Source of the DNA: Phoronis australis
Lineage: Eukaryota; Animalia; Phoronida
Direction of reading: 5' to 3'
Assembly (NCBI GenBank): GCA_002633005.1
Contig: NMRA01000042.1
Location: 1,278,878-1,342,877, forward strand
DNA: 64,000 bases
Position 1 is the stretch's first letter. Each line of letters starts with the position of its first letter. Under the pieces are notes generated by a model, which worked only from the letters and a program-made list of their open reading frames with translations, was not told the origin of the DNA and ran no database searches. The position numbers and the translations under genes are program-made. Below are positions 50,099 through 62,949 of this stretch, piece by piece.

Positions 50099-53000
50099 GC
50101 TGTGTCAGATTGTGGCAATTTCCGAGAGGGCGCGCAGAATGAGATGATGTCTTATCCCATACATGCCGGATGATGCAGGTGTGTAAGTTCCGTTATTCAT
50201 CAAATTTTAGTCTGGATGACAATTTTCCACCCGTGACAACAGGTTGGTGTCCAGTTCGTTGTAATATATTTTAAGTGTTGGCTGTATTTAATTGTACACA
50301 TAGGTCGACGACGCACATGCATTTCAATGGATAGATCTACTCATCTATCAATTTTATTATCATTCGCTTGCACATGACGTTTGCTACTTTTCTTGCTGCT
50401 CTTTCTAACCCCTACTAACAATTGCACTAACGTACGAACAGGTGTCCTAACATCTAATAAGAGAGACAGCATGAAAGTCACAAAATGCATGTTGAATGGT
50501 GTTAATTGAATTTCTCTGCAGGCGCCACAACCAGCAGTTGTTCCCGCGATCGATGACAGCCGAGGTAAGGAAGAAAGGAGTTTTCAATTAGTATCCGAGT
50601 GGAAAATTGAAAACAATCTTTGATTTGTCGATTGTTTGTAAATTTTATTAATGCACTTTGTATATTTACACCCTACCCATACCCCAACGGTAAGCTGCGA
50701 GCCACGGATAACCGAAATGGACGAAAAAAAGAGGACGGAAGACGAAAATCAACAACCGAAGATTAAAATTAAGAAGGTAATATAATGTTGCTTACGTGTC
50801 ACAGTGCAATACGTACATGTAGATACTTCGAACTTTCACAAGTTCAAAGGCCCATAATCCGGCAAATGAAAATATTTTTAAAAGGCTTTATGAAGGCCGA
50901 AGATTCACAAATCCGACAGAATGTAAAACTAGTTAGTTCGAAACTAGTCTGAGGGTCTACGACACCAGAGACTAGTGATTTAAAGTAGAACTTGCACCCT
51001 ATTTCCTTAATTCTGCGATTGCTTGATCATATTAGGTTGAAACACGTACAGTATATAGCGACGATGTGAATATGAATATGAAGTAGGTTGAACATCTACC
51101 AAATTCTAAGAACGAGTTTGGTATTGAAAATGATCCGCCGTAAATCAATCAACCGTTGATATCGTGACGTGGTGCTGCATGACGTGGGCTATGTTGGCCC
51201 ACAAGGTACGTCGCTAGTACAAGTCCGGCACTAAAAAGATACTACACAACTCCAAAAATTAAAAATTGAACTTTCGTGACACGAGGTTCCGATCAGTACT
51301 TTGGAGCGAAATGTTCGGGGATTTATAGGCACGTACCTGTTTGAAACTACTTCCTCGGAGAGCCAGTGCCTCTCAAAAGGATCCAAACAAAATTCGGCAA
51401 TGTGCACTGAGCTGATTGATATTATCATAATTACATCGGCCAAAAGATATTAATTTAAAAATTGATATGTTTTGGCTGCACGGTTTAGAACATCTTTTTT
51501 GTAGTGTGGTCAAATTCGCAGAAAGGAGGGTATGCTTTTGCATTATCGCAATCACGCACAACGCCATTGAAGTAATAAGAACTTTTTAAGAGGTGTTTGG
51601 GATTNGTTGGACGGCCTGCTGTGTCAGATTGTGACAATTTCCGAGAGGGCGCGCAGAATGAGATGATGTCTTATCCGATACATGCCGGATGATGCAGGTG
51701 TGTAAGTTCCGTTATTCGTCAAATTTTAGTCTGGATGACAATTCTCCACCCGTGACAACGGTGTGGTGTCCAGTTCGTTGTAATGTATTTTAAGTGTTGG
51801 CTGTATTTAATTGTACACATAGGTCGACGACGCACATGCATTTCAATGGATAGATCTACTCATCTATCAATTTTATTATCATTCGCTTGCACATGACGTT
51901 TGCTACTTTTGTTGCTGCTCTTTCTAACCCGCACTAAAAATTGCACTAACGTACTAACAGGTGTGATAACATCTAATAAGAGAGACAGCATGAATGAACA
52001 CAACGTTCAAAGTCACAAAATGCATGCTGAATGGTATTAATTGAATTCCTCTGCAGGCGCCACAACCAGCAGTGGTTCCCGTGATCGATGACAGCCGAGG
52101 TAAGGAAGAAAGGAGTTTTCAATTAGTATCCGAGTGGAAAATTGAAAACAATCTTTGATTTGTCGATTGTTTGTAAATTTTATTAATGCACTTTGTATAC
52201 TTACATCCTACCCATACCCCCAACGGTAAGCTGCGAGCCACGGATAACCGAAATGGACGAAAAAAGAGGACGGAAGACGAAAATCAACAACCGAAGATTA
52301 AAATTAAGACGGTAATATAATGTTGCTTACGTGTCACAGTGCAATACGTACATGTAGATACTTCGAACTTTCACAAGTCCAAAGGCCCATAATCCGACAA
52401 ATGAAAATATTTTTAAAAGGCCTTGTGAAGGCCGAAGATTCACAAATCCGACAGAATGTAAAACTAGTTAGTTCGAAACTAGTCTGAGGGTCTACGACAC
52501 CAGAGACTAGTGATTTAAAGTAGAACTTGCACCCTATTTCCTTATTTCTGCGATTGCTTGATCATATTAGGTTGAAACACGTACAGTATATAGCGACGAT
52601 GTGAATATGAATATGAAGTAGGTTGAACATCTACCAAATTCTAAGAACGAGTTTGGTATTGAAAATGATCCGCCGTAAATCAATCAACCGTTGATATCGT
52701 GACGTGGTGCTGCATGACGTGGGCTATGTTGGCCCACAAGGTACGTCGCTAGTACAAGTCCGGCACTAAAAAGATACTACACAACTCCAAAAATTAAAAA
52801 TTGAACTTTCGTGACACGAGGTTCCGATCAGTACTTTGGAGCGAAATGTTCGGGGATTTATAGGCACGTACCTGTTTGAAACTACTTCCTCGGAGAGCCA
52901 GTGCCTCTCAAAAGGATCCAAACAAAATTCGGCAATGTGCACTGAGCTGATTGATATTATCATAATTACATCGGCCAAAAGATATTAATTTAAAAATCGA

Positions 53001-53165
53001 TATGTTTTGGCCACACGGTTTAGAACATCTTTTTTGTAGTGTGGTCAAATTCGCAGAAAGGAGGGTATGCTTTTGCAAAGATCTCACAAAAATTGTGCTT
53101 GCATTATCGCAATCACGCACAGCGCCATTAAAGTAATAAGAACTTTTAAGAGGTGTTTGGGATTA
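50099..53165. repeat. ~1.52-1.55-kb near-identical direct duplication (50099-51605 / 51617-53165) separated by an N
   Basis: Both copies start (t)gctgtgtcagattgtg.caatttccgagagggcgcgc and end gaggtgtttgggatt. The ORF track gives identical 70-aa ORFs 1535 bp apart. Scattered SNPs and small indels; an 'n' at 51606. Confidence 0.9.
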
Positions 53166-53649
53166 AATGATCAATTTTATTAACTATGGCATGTATTCTG
53201 AACTTTTTAGTCTATTTAAATCAGTCAGTAAATTTTCTGCTTTTGATGTCTTTAGGTCGTCTAAAATGAAAAAAAATGTGCAAGTCCGGTTCGGTGGCAA
53301 TTATGTGGACAACATGGTGAATGATTGAATGGTATTCACTAGTTATTTTAAGTTATTATGAATAAAAACACTTATTTTTGTTTGTTGACCGACAGAATAA
53401 AATCCTATACATTCACCAACAACAGCACTGTAAGAAATCCAGTTTTCTGATATTTTCCTCTTTGCAGCGGCGTTGCATTATTTTCCTAACCAATTCAATT
53501 TACAATTTACGTTATAAAATACATACACTGAAAGTTTTCAGTTCAGCTCAAATATGCTCTGTTCTTTCTCGGGGGTTAATTTATGTAATCTTAATTGCTT
53601 TATTTTATTTGAGTAATTTCACAATTGTCAAACCACTGGATTTTGATGG

Positions 53650-54430
53650 ACGTTCGTAATTACGACCGAGACTGTTATAAAGCTAGCGTTTTACTACCGT
53701 AATTCTGATGTCCAATGATAAATTGGTCGGTAGGTCACGTGAGCTCTGAAGCAGTTGTATTCTCGTAAATTTACATTCGTCATTGTACACTAGTAATTTT
53801 ATGTACGTTATTTTACGCTCGTATTTTTGCACATATTAATGAAGTGTTCAGAAGGTAAAATCCCAGGTGCAAAGTTTATCAGAGCAAGATTGAAAATTAT
53901 CGATGACTTTTTTTACTTGCTACCCTAGCTATCCCATGCATTTGAAAGTGGTCCGTTTTAGTACACACTGAGGTGCCAAAATGTATACCTAGCAGGTTGT
54001 CTTATTTCATTTGTTAAAATTACCATGCTTTTTCTTTATTTGGACCAAGTTTCGTTTTCTTACTCTTAACGGTGCGTGCAGATAATATGAAATTGCAAAA
54101 TCATTGGTTCAAATCGGTTTCTGGGAGTAATGCAGTAGAGTTTCCAAATGTTGATGGTAAATTATTCATTTTTTATTCAAGACACTTAGATAACAAACCA
54201 TTTGCTATACAAAACAATATCAAATGCTGGTGATCTCGTGGACTGGTACTTGAATCAAACGGCTACTTGCTAAAATTACGAGCGAAAAATACGAGCGTAA
54301 AATTTCGAGCGTAGAATTTCTGCTGAGCTCACGTAAACTACAAACCAATTTCTCATTGGATTTACGGTTACGGTCGTAAAACACGAGCGCAGTCTCTGTT
54401 GTAATTGCGGTCGTAATTACGGACGGCACT
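53650..54430. mobile_element. Foldback/MITE-like element with long imperfect terminal inverted repeats
   Basis: cgtaattacgaccg...ccaatgataaattggt (53650-53727) pairs with accaatttctcattgg...cggtcgtaattacg (54344-54425). Also ttttacgctcgtattttt pairs with aaaaatacgagcgtaaaa. Confidence 0.65.
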
Positions 54431-57121
54431 AACTTCCGAACGAATCACGATGATATCCGAATAACTCTGAACCAAACAAATCAGATTCAAAAGGTATGGT
54501 GAGTCTCATTTGAAAGCATACCGGAAGTTTTAGCTTTCGACTACATGGTTGTACTTGTATGATCTATTGAAAGTATTCCTGTGCATGGTTTTATAACTCA
54601 GTGGTTTCAAACCACAGAGCAGAAAACTGATATTTGTATAGGCTAATTAGAAGATCTTATGTAAGCGACTCAGCTTTTTGTCAAACTACTGGATTTTGAT
54701 TAACTAGTGTGTTATAATGCATCCAAATTTTTATATGTGGACGCATTATGCCGTCATCTCCGTCCGGCGTCCGTCCGGAACCATGACGACCGTGATTTCA
54801 TACCTTCGGGTCTCACTGTATCTCACTTGTTGTTGTTAACTGAGGGCAATGAGGTACTATAGGTTTTATCGCTTCTAAAGAATTGGTTTCTTTTACCTTT
54901 TTGTAGTTGTTTGTTCCGACTTGGCCATTCGTCAAACGACAGGACTTTTGCTGACCAGTCTACAATTAACATGCGGGACCTGACGTCTCGAGCAGTTTAC
55001 AAATGGTGCTACAGGACCACGAATAACACCAGAGCCAAGAGTTATGGTATCGTTCAGCTGGAAGTCACCGGTTCGGTCTACATGCGTGTACTCGTATGAG
55101 CCATCAAAATATGAACAAACACTTGTTTGATTTGGAAAAGCGAAGTAAAACTACTCACCAGTCATTCAGGCATCTGTCTTTATTTATGTACACTGTTTCA
55201 CACCTGGTTTCAAGGCACAGTTACCCAAGAAGCGTAAATTTCTGATAAAAAGGTACATTGATAGTAAGACAACGTTATTAATAACTGGATATTCGTTTGA
55301 TAAAAATGTCCCAGGAGTGACTGAACACTGTAAATGTTCTAAAATATAATCATTTCATTTAAGTTTTGTGAACAGTGTTTAATCATAGTATTTGAAAGTA
55401 TACATCAACTTGAACAGCTATTTTAAAGTTAGGGAAATGTAGACATTTTTTCTGTGGTCATACGTGACCTAAACAAGGACTACTCTGACCTAAACAAGGA
55501 CTACTCTGACCTCGCCAGCACTAGCAGCGAACCAAAGATGTCGCTGGGCCATCAGAGTTGGAAAGGTAAAAAAATCGCAGGAGTTGCCTCTTACGTGAAG
55601 GCGCACGCCATGAGATGCTGTCTTACCCAATGCTTGTATATTCGCGTTGACGCTAACGCTCATTCTAACCCTGACTAACAATTGCACTAACATACTAACA
55701 CAAGCCCTGACATTACAAGAAAGACAGCATGAATAAATCCAAATGACGTTCAAGGTCGCATGCTGAATGGTATTATTTGAATTCCTCTGCAGATGCCGCA
55801 ATCAGATGGAGCTGCGAAGTGGCTGCCGTGACAAGGATTTTTCAGTTAGTAATACTATTCGAGTTGCAAATTAAAACATTAGTTAATTGATTCCTCGATT
55901 GTTATTAATGCCAGTTTTTGTTTATTTACGCGCCATATTCACGCAACAACCACACGATGCTACCCACGGATAACGAAAACTGTAGAAGAACGATGGAAGA
56001 CCGAAATTAACTACCGAAGACTAAAATTAAGCAGGTAATTGGCGTAGCTTGCGAATCATAACACATTAGTGTAAATAGGCTCGAGCTCGATACTATGAAG
56101 GTTTAGAAGCCTGAAGGCGAATTATGCGACAAACGAAAATTATTTTTATAAAGGCCCTATAAGTCCGAAAGCTCAGAATTCAAACAGACAGAAAATCCAG
56201 TTATTTCGAAGCTAATCCACAAGCGATTCAGTCATCGACAGCGAAGCACCATACTTTTAGTGGCTGTAAACCAAAATTTGAAAATGTAAGATGCAGCTCA
56301 GTGACCATTGCCGAACTTCGTTTGGATCCTTTTGAGAATCATTGGCTCTTCAAAGAACTAGTTTCAAACGGACATGTGTACATGTATATAAGCTCCGAAC
56401 ATCTTGCTCGAAATCACTGTTCAGAACCTCGTGTCCTGAAAGTTAGAACTTTAAGCTTTCGAATTGATAGACTTTCGGACTTGTGGGGAACTTCGGATTT
56501 AGGGACTTTTGGTCTAGTTAACGTTCAGACCTAGGAATACCGTGATGTCATACCATCGACCCAAACTCTCTCACTTTTAGATATCAATTCCGGTAATATT
56601 GGTTTTTCACTTCCATGGGGTTGATTTCCTTTTAGATGTTTAACGACTTGGCCATTTGTCGAACAACTGGATTTTGGCTGACATGTAAAACATGCAGGAA
56701 CTAACGTAGCGAGCAGTGACAGTATACCAAAGGTGCCGTAAGACCACTAATACTACTGACACCAGTTCATCTGTCAACATGCTGGAAGTTATCGGATTCG
56801 ACAACGTGTGTACTCCAGTGTGCCATCAAAATATGACCAAATACTTGTTTGATTTGGAAAAGCGAAGTGAATGATGTACATGCCAATCATTCAGGCATTT
56901 GTATTTATTGATGTACACTGTTTCATACCTGGTTTCAGGGTACAGTCTCTCAAAAACTTAGCAAAAAAACAAAGGCACGTTGAACAACGGTATCAATAAC
57001 AAGATCGAATTTAATGTTATGAAAGTATTCCTGAAGTGATCTCAGAAATAGTGTTAGTGGTCTAATATATGATCATTTCATTTTCGTTGTGTGAACGGTA
57101 TTTAAATCAAAGTATTTGACA

Positions 57122-58368
57122 TTTTTATGCGCCCACATATTTATATGCGGACGCATTATACCGTCATCTCCGTCCGTCCGTCCGGCGTCCGACATCCGGC
57201 GTCCGCTGCTCTATCTCCAAAACCCTATGACATACGTTCATGCAATTTGACACATATGTTCCATTCATGAATGGGACGGCATGAGCAAACTTTCGGACGG
57301 ATCCGACTACCTAGAGGCAATTTTAGTTTTTTACGCTTACCTTTGAGTCTTCAAAAGTCCTTAACGGATTTTCGTGAAATTTGGTATGTAGGCACCTATT
57401 AGTGAGATGACGCTATTCTCCCGTTTTCGGATGGATTCGACTTAGTTTGCGCCACCTAGTGACCATTTTTACTGTTTTCGAGTCAAGATTGTGAAAATTG
57501 ACATGTATGTGCTTACTATAAAGAGGACGGTTGACGATGATTTTCCGACGATTTCGACTACTGTGTCGCCTCCTAGTGGCAGTTTTGTTTTTTTTTGCGC
57601 CTATGGCTGTATCTCCTAAACCATTCGCAGGATCTTTACTTAATTTAGGAAGTGTATTTATATGATGTTGACTACGGATAACGACGACTTTCGGACAGAT
57701 CTGACTACTGCTGTGCCCCCTAGTGGCAATTTTAGTTTTTTTACCTTTAACTCTGAAGATACAGAAGGTTTTCAATAGATTTTCATAAAATTTTGAATAT
57801 GGGCATCTATTGTTGTGATGACGCTATTTTCCTGTTTTTGGATGGAATCGAGGTATTTTGCACCACCTAGTGGCTATTTTTGCTGTGTTCAAATCTTGCT
57901 TTTGGCGTCTACCCCTGTGTCAACCAAATCATTTGAAAATTGGCATATATGTTCTCAGTTTGAAGACTACCTTTGATGATGGTGACCGACTACTGTGGCA
58001 CCTCCTAGTGGTAGTTTTGCTTTGCGCCCATAGTTGTATCCCCTAAACCCACTGCAGGATCTTTGCTAAAATTAGTAAGTGTGTTATGGAAAATATATGG
58101 AGATAACAACAGACGACTACGACTTTCAGGCGGATCCAACGGACACTGAGTCCACTAGTGGTAAGTTCACTTTATTCTTTTTTCCTTTGTTTCTCTGAAG
58201 TTCCTTGACAGATTTTTATGAAATATGACATGTTCCTGTTTTCGGATGGATTGTATGTTATTGCGCCATCTAGTGGCCATTTTATGATACAAATGAATAA
58301 CCCTAAAAGCACACCATTTGCAATTATGCATTCGTGGGTGCATTTCAACGCACCGCGTTGCTCTTGTT
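57122..58368 (+). mobile_element. HINE (Helentron-associated) element with ~7-8 internal tandem units
   Basis: 5' ttttt-ATGCGCCCACATATttATATGCGGACGCAT hairpin, then (CCGT)n, then ~115-150-bp units, then 3' subTIR gtgggtgcat, hairpin caacgcaccgcgttg and ctcttgtt. A truncated head of the same family lies at ~54730-54780. Confidence 0.8.
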
Positions 58369-59519
58369 GGAATTGTAAACGTTCAAACCCTCTAACATCG
58401 TGGTTTCATACCATCTTGCCCACACTCTATCTCACTTGTAGTTTTCAATTCAGATCATATGACTGCGAGAAGTGACAGTGTACAAAAGGTGTCGCAGTAC
58501 CACTTACACGATTAACACCAGAGCCAAAAGGTATGGTGACGTTCAGCTGTAAACATCATGGATATAATTACATGTTTTAACTGCATGCATTCTATGAGCC
58601 ATCAAAACTTTACCGAACACTTGTTTGATTTGGAAAAGCAAAGTGAAAAATCTACTCTCCAGTCACCCAGGCTTCTGTCTTTGTTCATGTACACTGTTTC
58701 ACACCTGTTTCAGCGCACAGTCCCTCAGAAACCGTAAAATTTATCAAAAGACAAAGGCACGTTGATAGTAAAACAGCGGCATCAATAACAGATAGAATAT
58801 CATTTGATGAAAACCTTCCTGAAGGGATTTCAGAAACACAGTTTTTGTTCCAAAACACGAGCACTTCATTTTCGTTTTAAGAACGCTGTACGAATTATGG
58901 TATTCGAATACTTAACTTAAAGGAGCATGCCACCCAAAAAACAACCTAATTTGTATCAATTTAGATCGAGTAGTTCTACTCCATAACGACACGTACGGTT
59001 GCGTTACCTGACACCTGGCGGCAGACGGAGGTGTTGAAATTATCCAACGACGTCATCGGTTTCACACGCAGCATGTTTAGCAGTTCACAACACGGGTTAC
59101 TGATGTCAGCTTATCGCTTGAAGTCATCGTTTAACACCAATAAATCATCAAACCTCGATGTAAAACCCTTAAAAATACACCGAGTTCTTATAAAAACGTG
59201 TTGTTTTACTTCGCTCTTACGGATTTATTGGTATTTGGACACACCGTAGCCTACAAAGTTCGGCAGGCCAATAAGGTCCGTAGCAGGAGTTTGGGGTCTG
59301 TTCGGAGATAATTTCGAAGTATTTTCCGTGAGATACAGACAGGAGAACCTAGATCTGTGTTGTTTAGACTTGTGTTTTTTTTAATTCTGAACACAAAACG
59401 CTTGTTAGCCTGGTCAGTGGCTCGGAGCCCGATCAGGTCCGTCAAATAAAATACAAATTCACATTGGTAGTAAAACAACTGTATCAATAACAAGATCGAA
59501 TTTGATTTAATGAACTTAC

Positions 59520-59735
59520 TTTAAATACTTGATGAAACTGTGCTCAACCGCCATCTTCAGTTGGTCTCCTACTGTCCTTAAAGGCTTCGTCCCTAAACCA
59601 AGACCATCTCTAGTAGGCGGGACAACAGTTGATCAGGCTCTGTCTGACGGTTGTTGGTGGTGTTGCTGTAGGTATTTCATCCAAATTCGACAAGATGCCT
59701 GTTCAACTTCAGTGGCTACGTCGCGGAGANGGGGA
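59520..59735 (-). mobile_element. Possible 3' end of an R2/NeSL/HERO-type non-LTR retroelement
   Basis: The minus strand reads LRDVATEVEQASCRIWMKY, similar to the C-terminal 'E.AS.WIW.K' of RLE-type elements. It is followed by a short structured tail and abuts an N. Confidence 0.35.
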
Positions 59736-61130
59736 TAACGACTTCGCCATGTAATAATCTATATTTATTATTCTAAAGTGTGATCATTTCCTTTTCTTTT
59801 TGTGGACCGTGTTTAAATCTTAGTATTCGAACATTTTACCTAAATCTGTTCATCGATTTCTGAGATATAAGCCTTCAAACTCAAAAAACCCATAAAATTT
59901 AGCAAAAAAACCTTAAACATTGATAGTAAAACAATGGTATCAATATAACATAATCGAAATATATTTGATAAAAATATTCGGGAAGTGATCACAGAAACAC
60001 TGTTGATGTGGTAAACTATGATCAATTCATTTTCGTGTTGTGATAGGTATTCAAATCATGGTATGTGGCATTTGACCTAAATCTGAACAGCCATTTTTGA
60101 GGGTCATACAGAACCTAAACAAGCAGGACCCTGACCTCTCAACCATTGGCAATGAACAAAAGATGTCACGGGACCACCAACACAAAATAACACCAGAGAC
60201 GGAAATCTTAAAAGAGGCCAGGAAGTTGAATCTTCCGTGAGGGCACGCCCATGAGATGCGGTCTTACCCGATACATAGGGGACGATAGAGTTAAATAACT
60301 TTCATTACTGAATGCAATTTGGTCTCGCTGACACTTGCAATTACAGCTCTCCACCTGTGACAACTGTGTTATGTCCAGATTATTTTTATAGGATTTAAGT
60401 ATTTACAGTATTTTTGTTGTACTCTAGGTTGTACTCATGTTTTAGTATTTGGGAGGTGATGACACACATGTACTTCAAATGGATGGATCTTTGTATCTAT
60501 CAAATCCATTTCTATTCGCTTGGACTAAATGTTTGTTACTTGTCTTGCTGGTATATTCGCACTGACGCTAATGCTATTCCTAATAACGACTAACAATTGC
60601 ACTAACATACTAACACAAGCCATAACATACTAAGAAAAATAGCATGGCTAAATCCAAATTACGTTCAAGGTTCAATGTTCAATGGTGAATTCCTTTGTAG
60701 ATGCCACAAGTAACTGAACAGTGGTTCCTATGATCGACTTGTGCCGTGGCGCAGACAAGGATTTCTCAATTAACATGGGAGTGGCAAATTAAAAACATTA
60801 GTTGATATCTCGATTGTTTGTAAATTTTATTAATGCACGTTTTTGTTTATTTGATCGCCAAACCCACGCAACAACGATACCGCACAGCCCACGGATAACC
60901 AAAACGGAACAAGAAGGATGGAAGACGAAAATTAACAACCGGAGACTAAAAATAGAATGCAATTGCGTATGCGCACTTACAACTCTGCGCGGGGTGTATG
61001 CACATGCATAGTGAAGTATAGGCGTATTACATTGGATAAAAGTTGCATTCTTCGTGTGAAAGAGAGCGATGTCCCTGGTAACTATGAAAGAGCAAGAGTG
61101 AAAAATTAGAATGTCAATGGAAAATTGCAT

Positions 61131-62510
61131 TTAATGACCCCACAGTTGCACCCAATTACTCCAAAGTTTGTGACTGAATTTAATTTACGAATGAAAATGA
61201 TATATGTGTTGATGAAATGTCTAGCTCAGAAATCATTTATGCACTGACTGACCTTTGACCCAGAAATTCAGTTCAGTTGATCAGATCGAAATTCCGTGTA
61301 AATTCTGGGTGCACTTATGTGGCACCAAGCTGTTCACGAAATTTCAAGAAGAAATCTAAAAAATTGCAGAAGCTTTTGAATGAAACATACCGGTTGACCT
61401 TTCATGGGGTCCTTTAGTGCATTTTGGGTCATATCCGTATTATGAATAGTTTTTGAATGGCAATTGGTTGAATCACCATGGATATAAACGCTCTCCTAAT
61501 ACAACATGTAATTACGAACTGATTGAAAAAGTCTGAGATTTAACGGAAAGCTGCACATAATGACCAGAAAGTTGCACCTAGTGACCCCAAAATTTGTGAT
61601 TGAACTTCCTTTAAGACTGGTTATTATATGTATGGTTATGTAAGCTTTAGCTCAAAAGTCGGTTTTTGCACTTAACGACCTGTGACCCGGAAACTCGATT
61701 CCTTTTATCCGATTTAAATTCCACGCAAATTTCTGATGCACTTCTCTACTGCCTGCTTGTTATCCAAATTCGGAGAGCCTATCTAAAAACCTGACCAAGA
61801 AGAAGCAATTTGATGGAATGCACTCTTTTGACACATTTCGGGTCATCTAGTGCATTTTGACTCAAATCCATGTGATCAATTGAATTTGATCGGCAATTGG
61901 TTGAACCACCTTGAATTTGAACGTTCTCCCTAATGCATCATTTAAGTACAAGCTGATTGAAAGAGTCTTACATTTAACAGAAAACTACATTTAATGACCC
62001 CAAAGTTGCACCTAGTGACCCCAAAGTTTGTGACTGAACTTTCTTTATCAGTGGTAATCACATGAGTGATTATGAAAGGTGTAGCTCAAAAATCACTTTT
62101 GCACTTAATGAACTTTGACCCGGAAACTCAGTTCCCTTCATCCGATTGGAATTCTAAGTAAATTTCGGGTGCACTTCTTTAGTGCCTACTTTTTTCAAAA
62201 TTTGGAGAGTCTATCTGAAAACCTGTCCAAAAACAAGCAATCTAATGGAATGCACTCCTTGACCCATTTCGGATCAATCTGGTGCATTTTGAGGCAAATC
62301 CATGTGATCAATAGAATTTGATCGGCAATTGGATGAAGAACCATGAATTTGAACGCTGTCATTAATGCATCATTTAAGTACAAGCTGATTGAAGAAGTCA
62401 TAAATTCAAAAAAAATGCACTTAAAGACCCCAAAATTGCACCTAGTGACTCCAAAGTTCGTGACTGACCTTCTTTTATGAATGGTAAACATATGCATGAT
62501 TATGAAAGGT
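61131..62510. repeat. Tandem array of a ~430-bp unit x ~3.2
   Basis: The unit start ttaatgacccc.aagttgcacctagtgacccc aaagtttgtgactga recurs at ~61131, 61557, 61991 and 62421. Confidence 0.9.
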
Positions 62511-62949
62511 CTTATTTTAATTTCGTTTTGTGAACAGTGTTTAAATCACAATATTTGAAAAATTTACACAAATGTTAGAGATATAAACCTTCATAGTTGG
62601 AGAAATGCATACGTTATTTCTTGCGTCATAAAGAACCTGGACAAGCAGGACAGTGACTTCGCCACCAACGGCAGTGAAGCAAAGATGTCCCTGAATCACC
62701 AAGACAAAATAACTTCAAAGTCGGAAAGGTAAAAAACCCCCGGAAATTGCCTCATCTGTGAGGTCGTGCATCATCAGATGAGTGAAAAATCAGATATCCC
62801 ACTTTGCTCTTGTACATGGTTTCACACCTGGTTTCAGATCATAGTCTCTAAATCTGCCAAGCAGAAGACTGGTAGTTTTGTAATTATGCATCGAAGCAAA
62901 CTAAGATTTTTTTTAAAAAATATTCTCCATCAGTTGTCTTGAAAAACCT

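Larger units (their letters stand above)
54790..62770 (+). repeat. Diverged multi-copy ~1.5-2-kb module with exon-like segments (copies ~54790-56220, 56540-57120, 58398-58915, 59460-60960, 62510-62770; 3' parts also at 50.1-51.0 and 51.6-52.5 kb)
   Basis: Collinear shared blocks: cgtg.t.tcatacc; gccatcaaaa..t...c.aa.acttgtttgatttggaaaagc.aagt; tgtacactgtttca; gtcata....acct..acaag; gagatg..gtctta; ctaacaattgcactaac; gaattcctctgcag; cacggataac. Confidence 0.75.

Noticed and set aside
51231-52978. Two identical 70-aa ORFs as a duplicated small gene
   Set aside because: They are identical only because they fall in the 1.5-kb duplication. They use non-ATG starts, resemble no known protein, and a homologous segment recurs inverted as a repeat at 56.3 kb.
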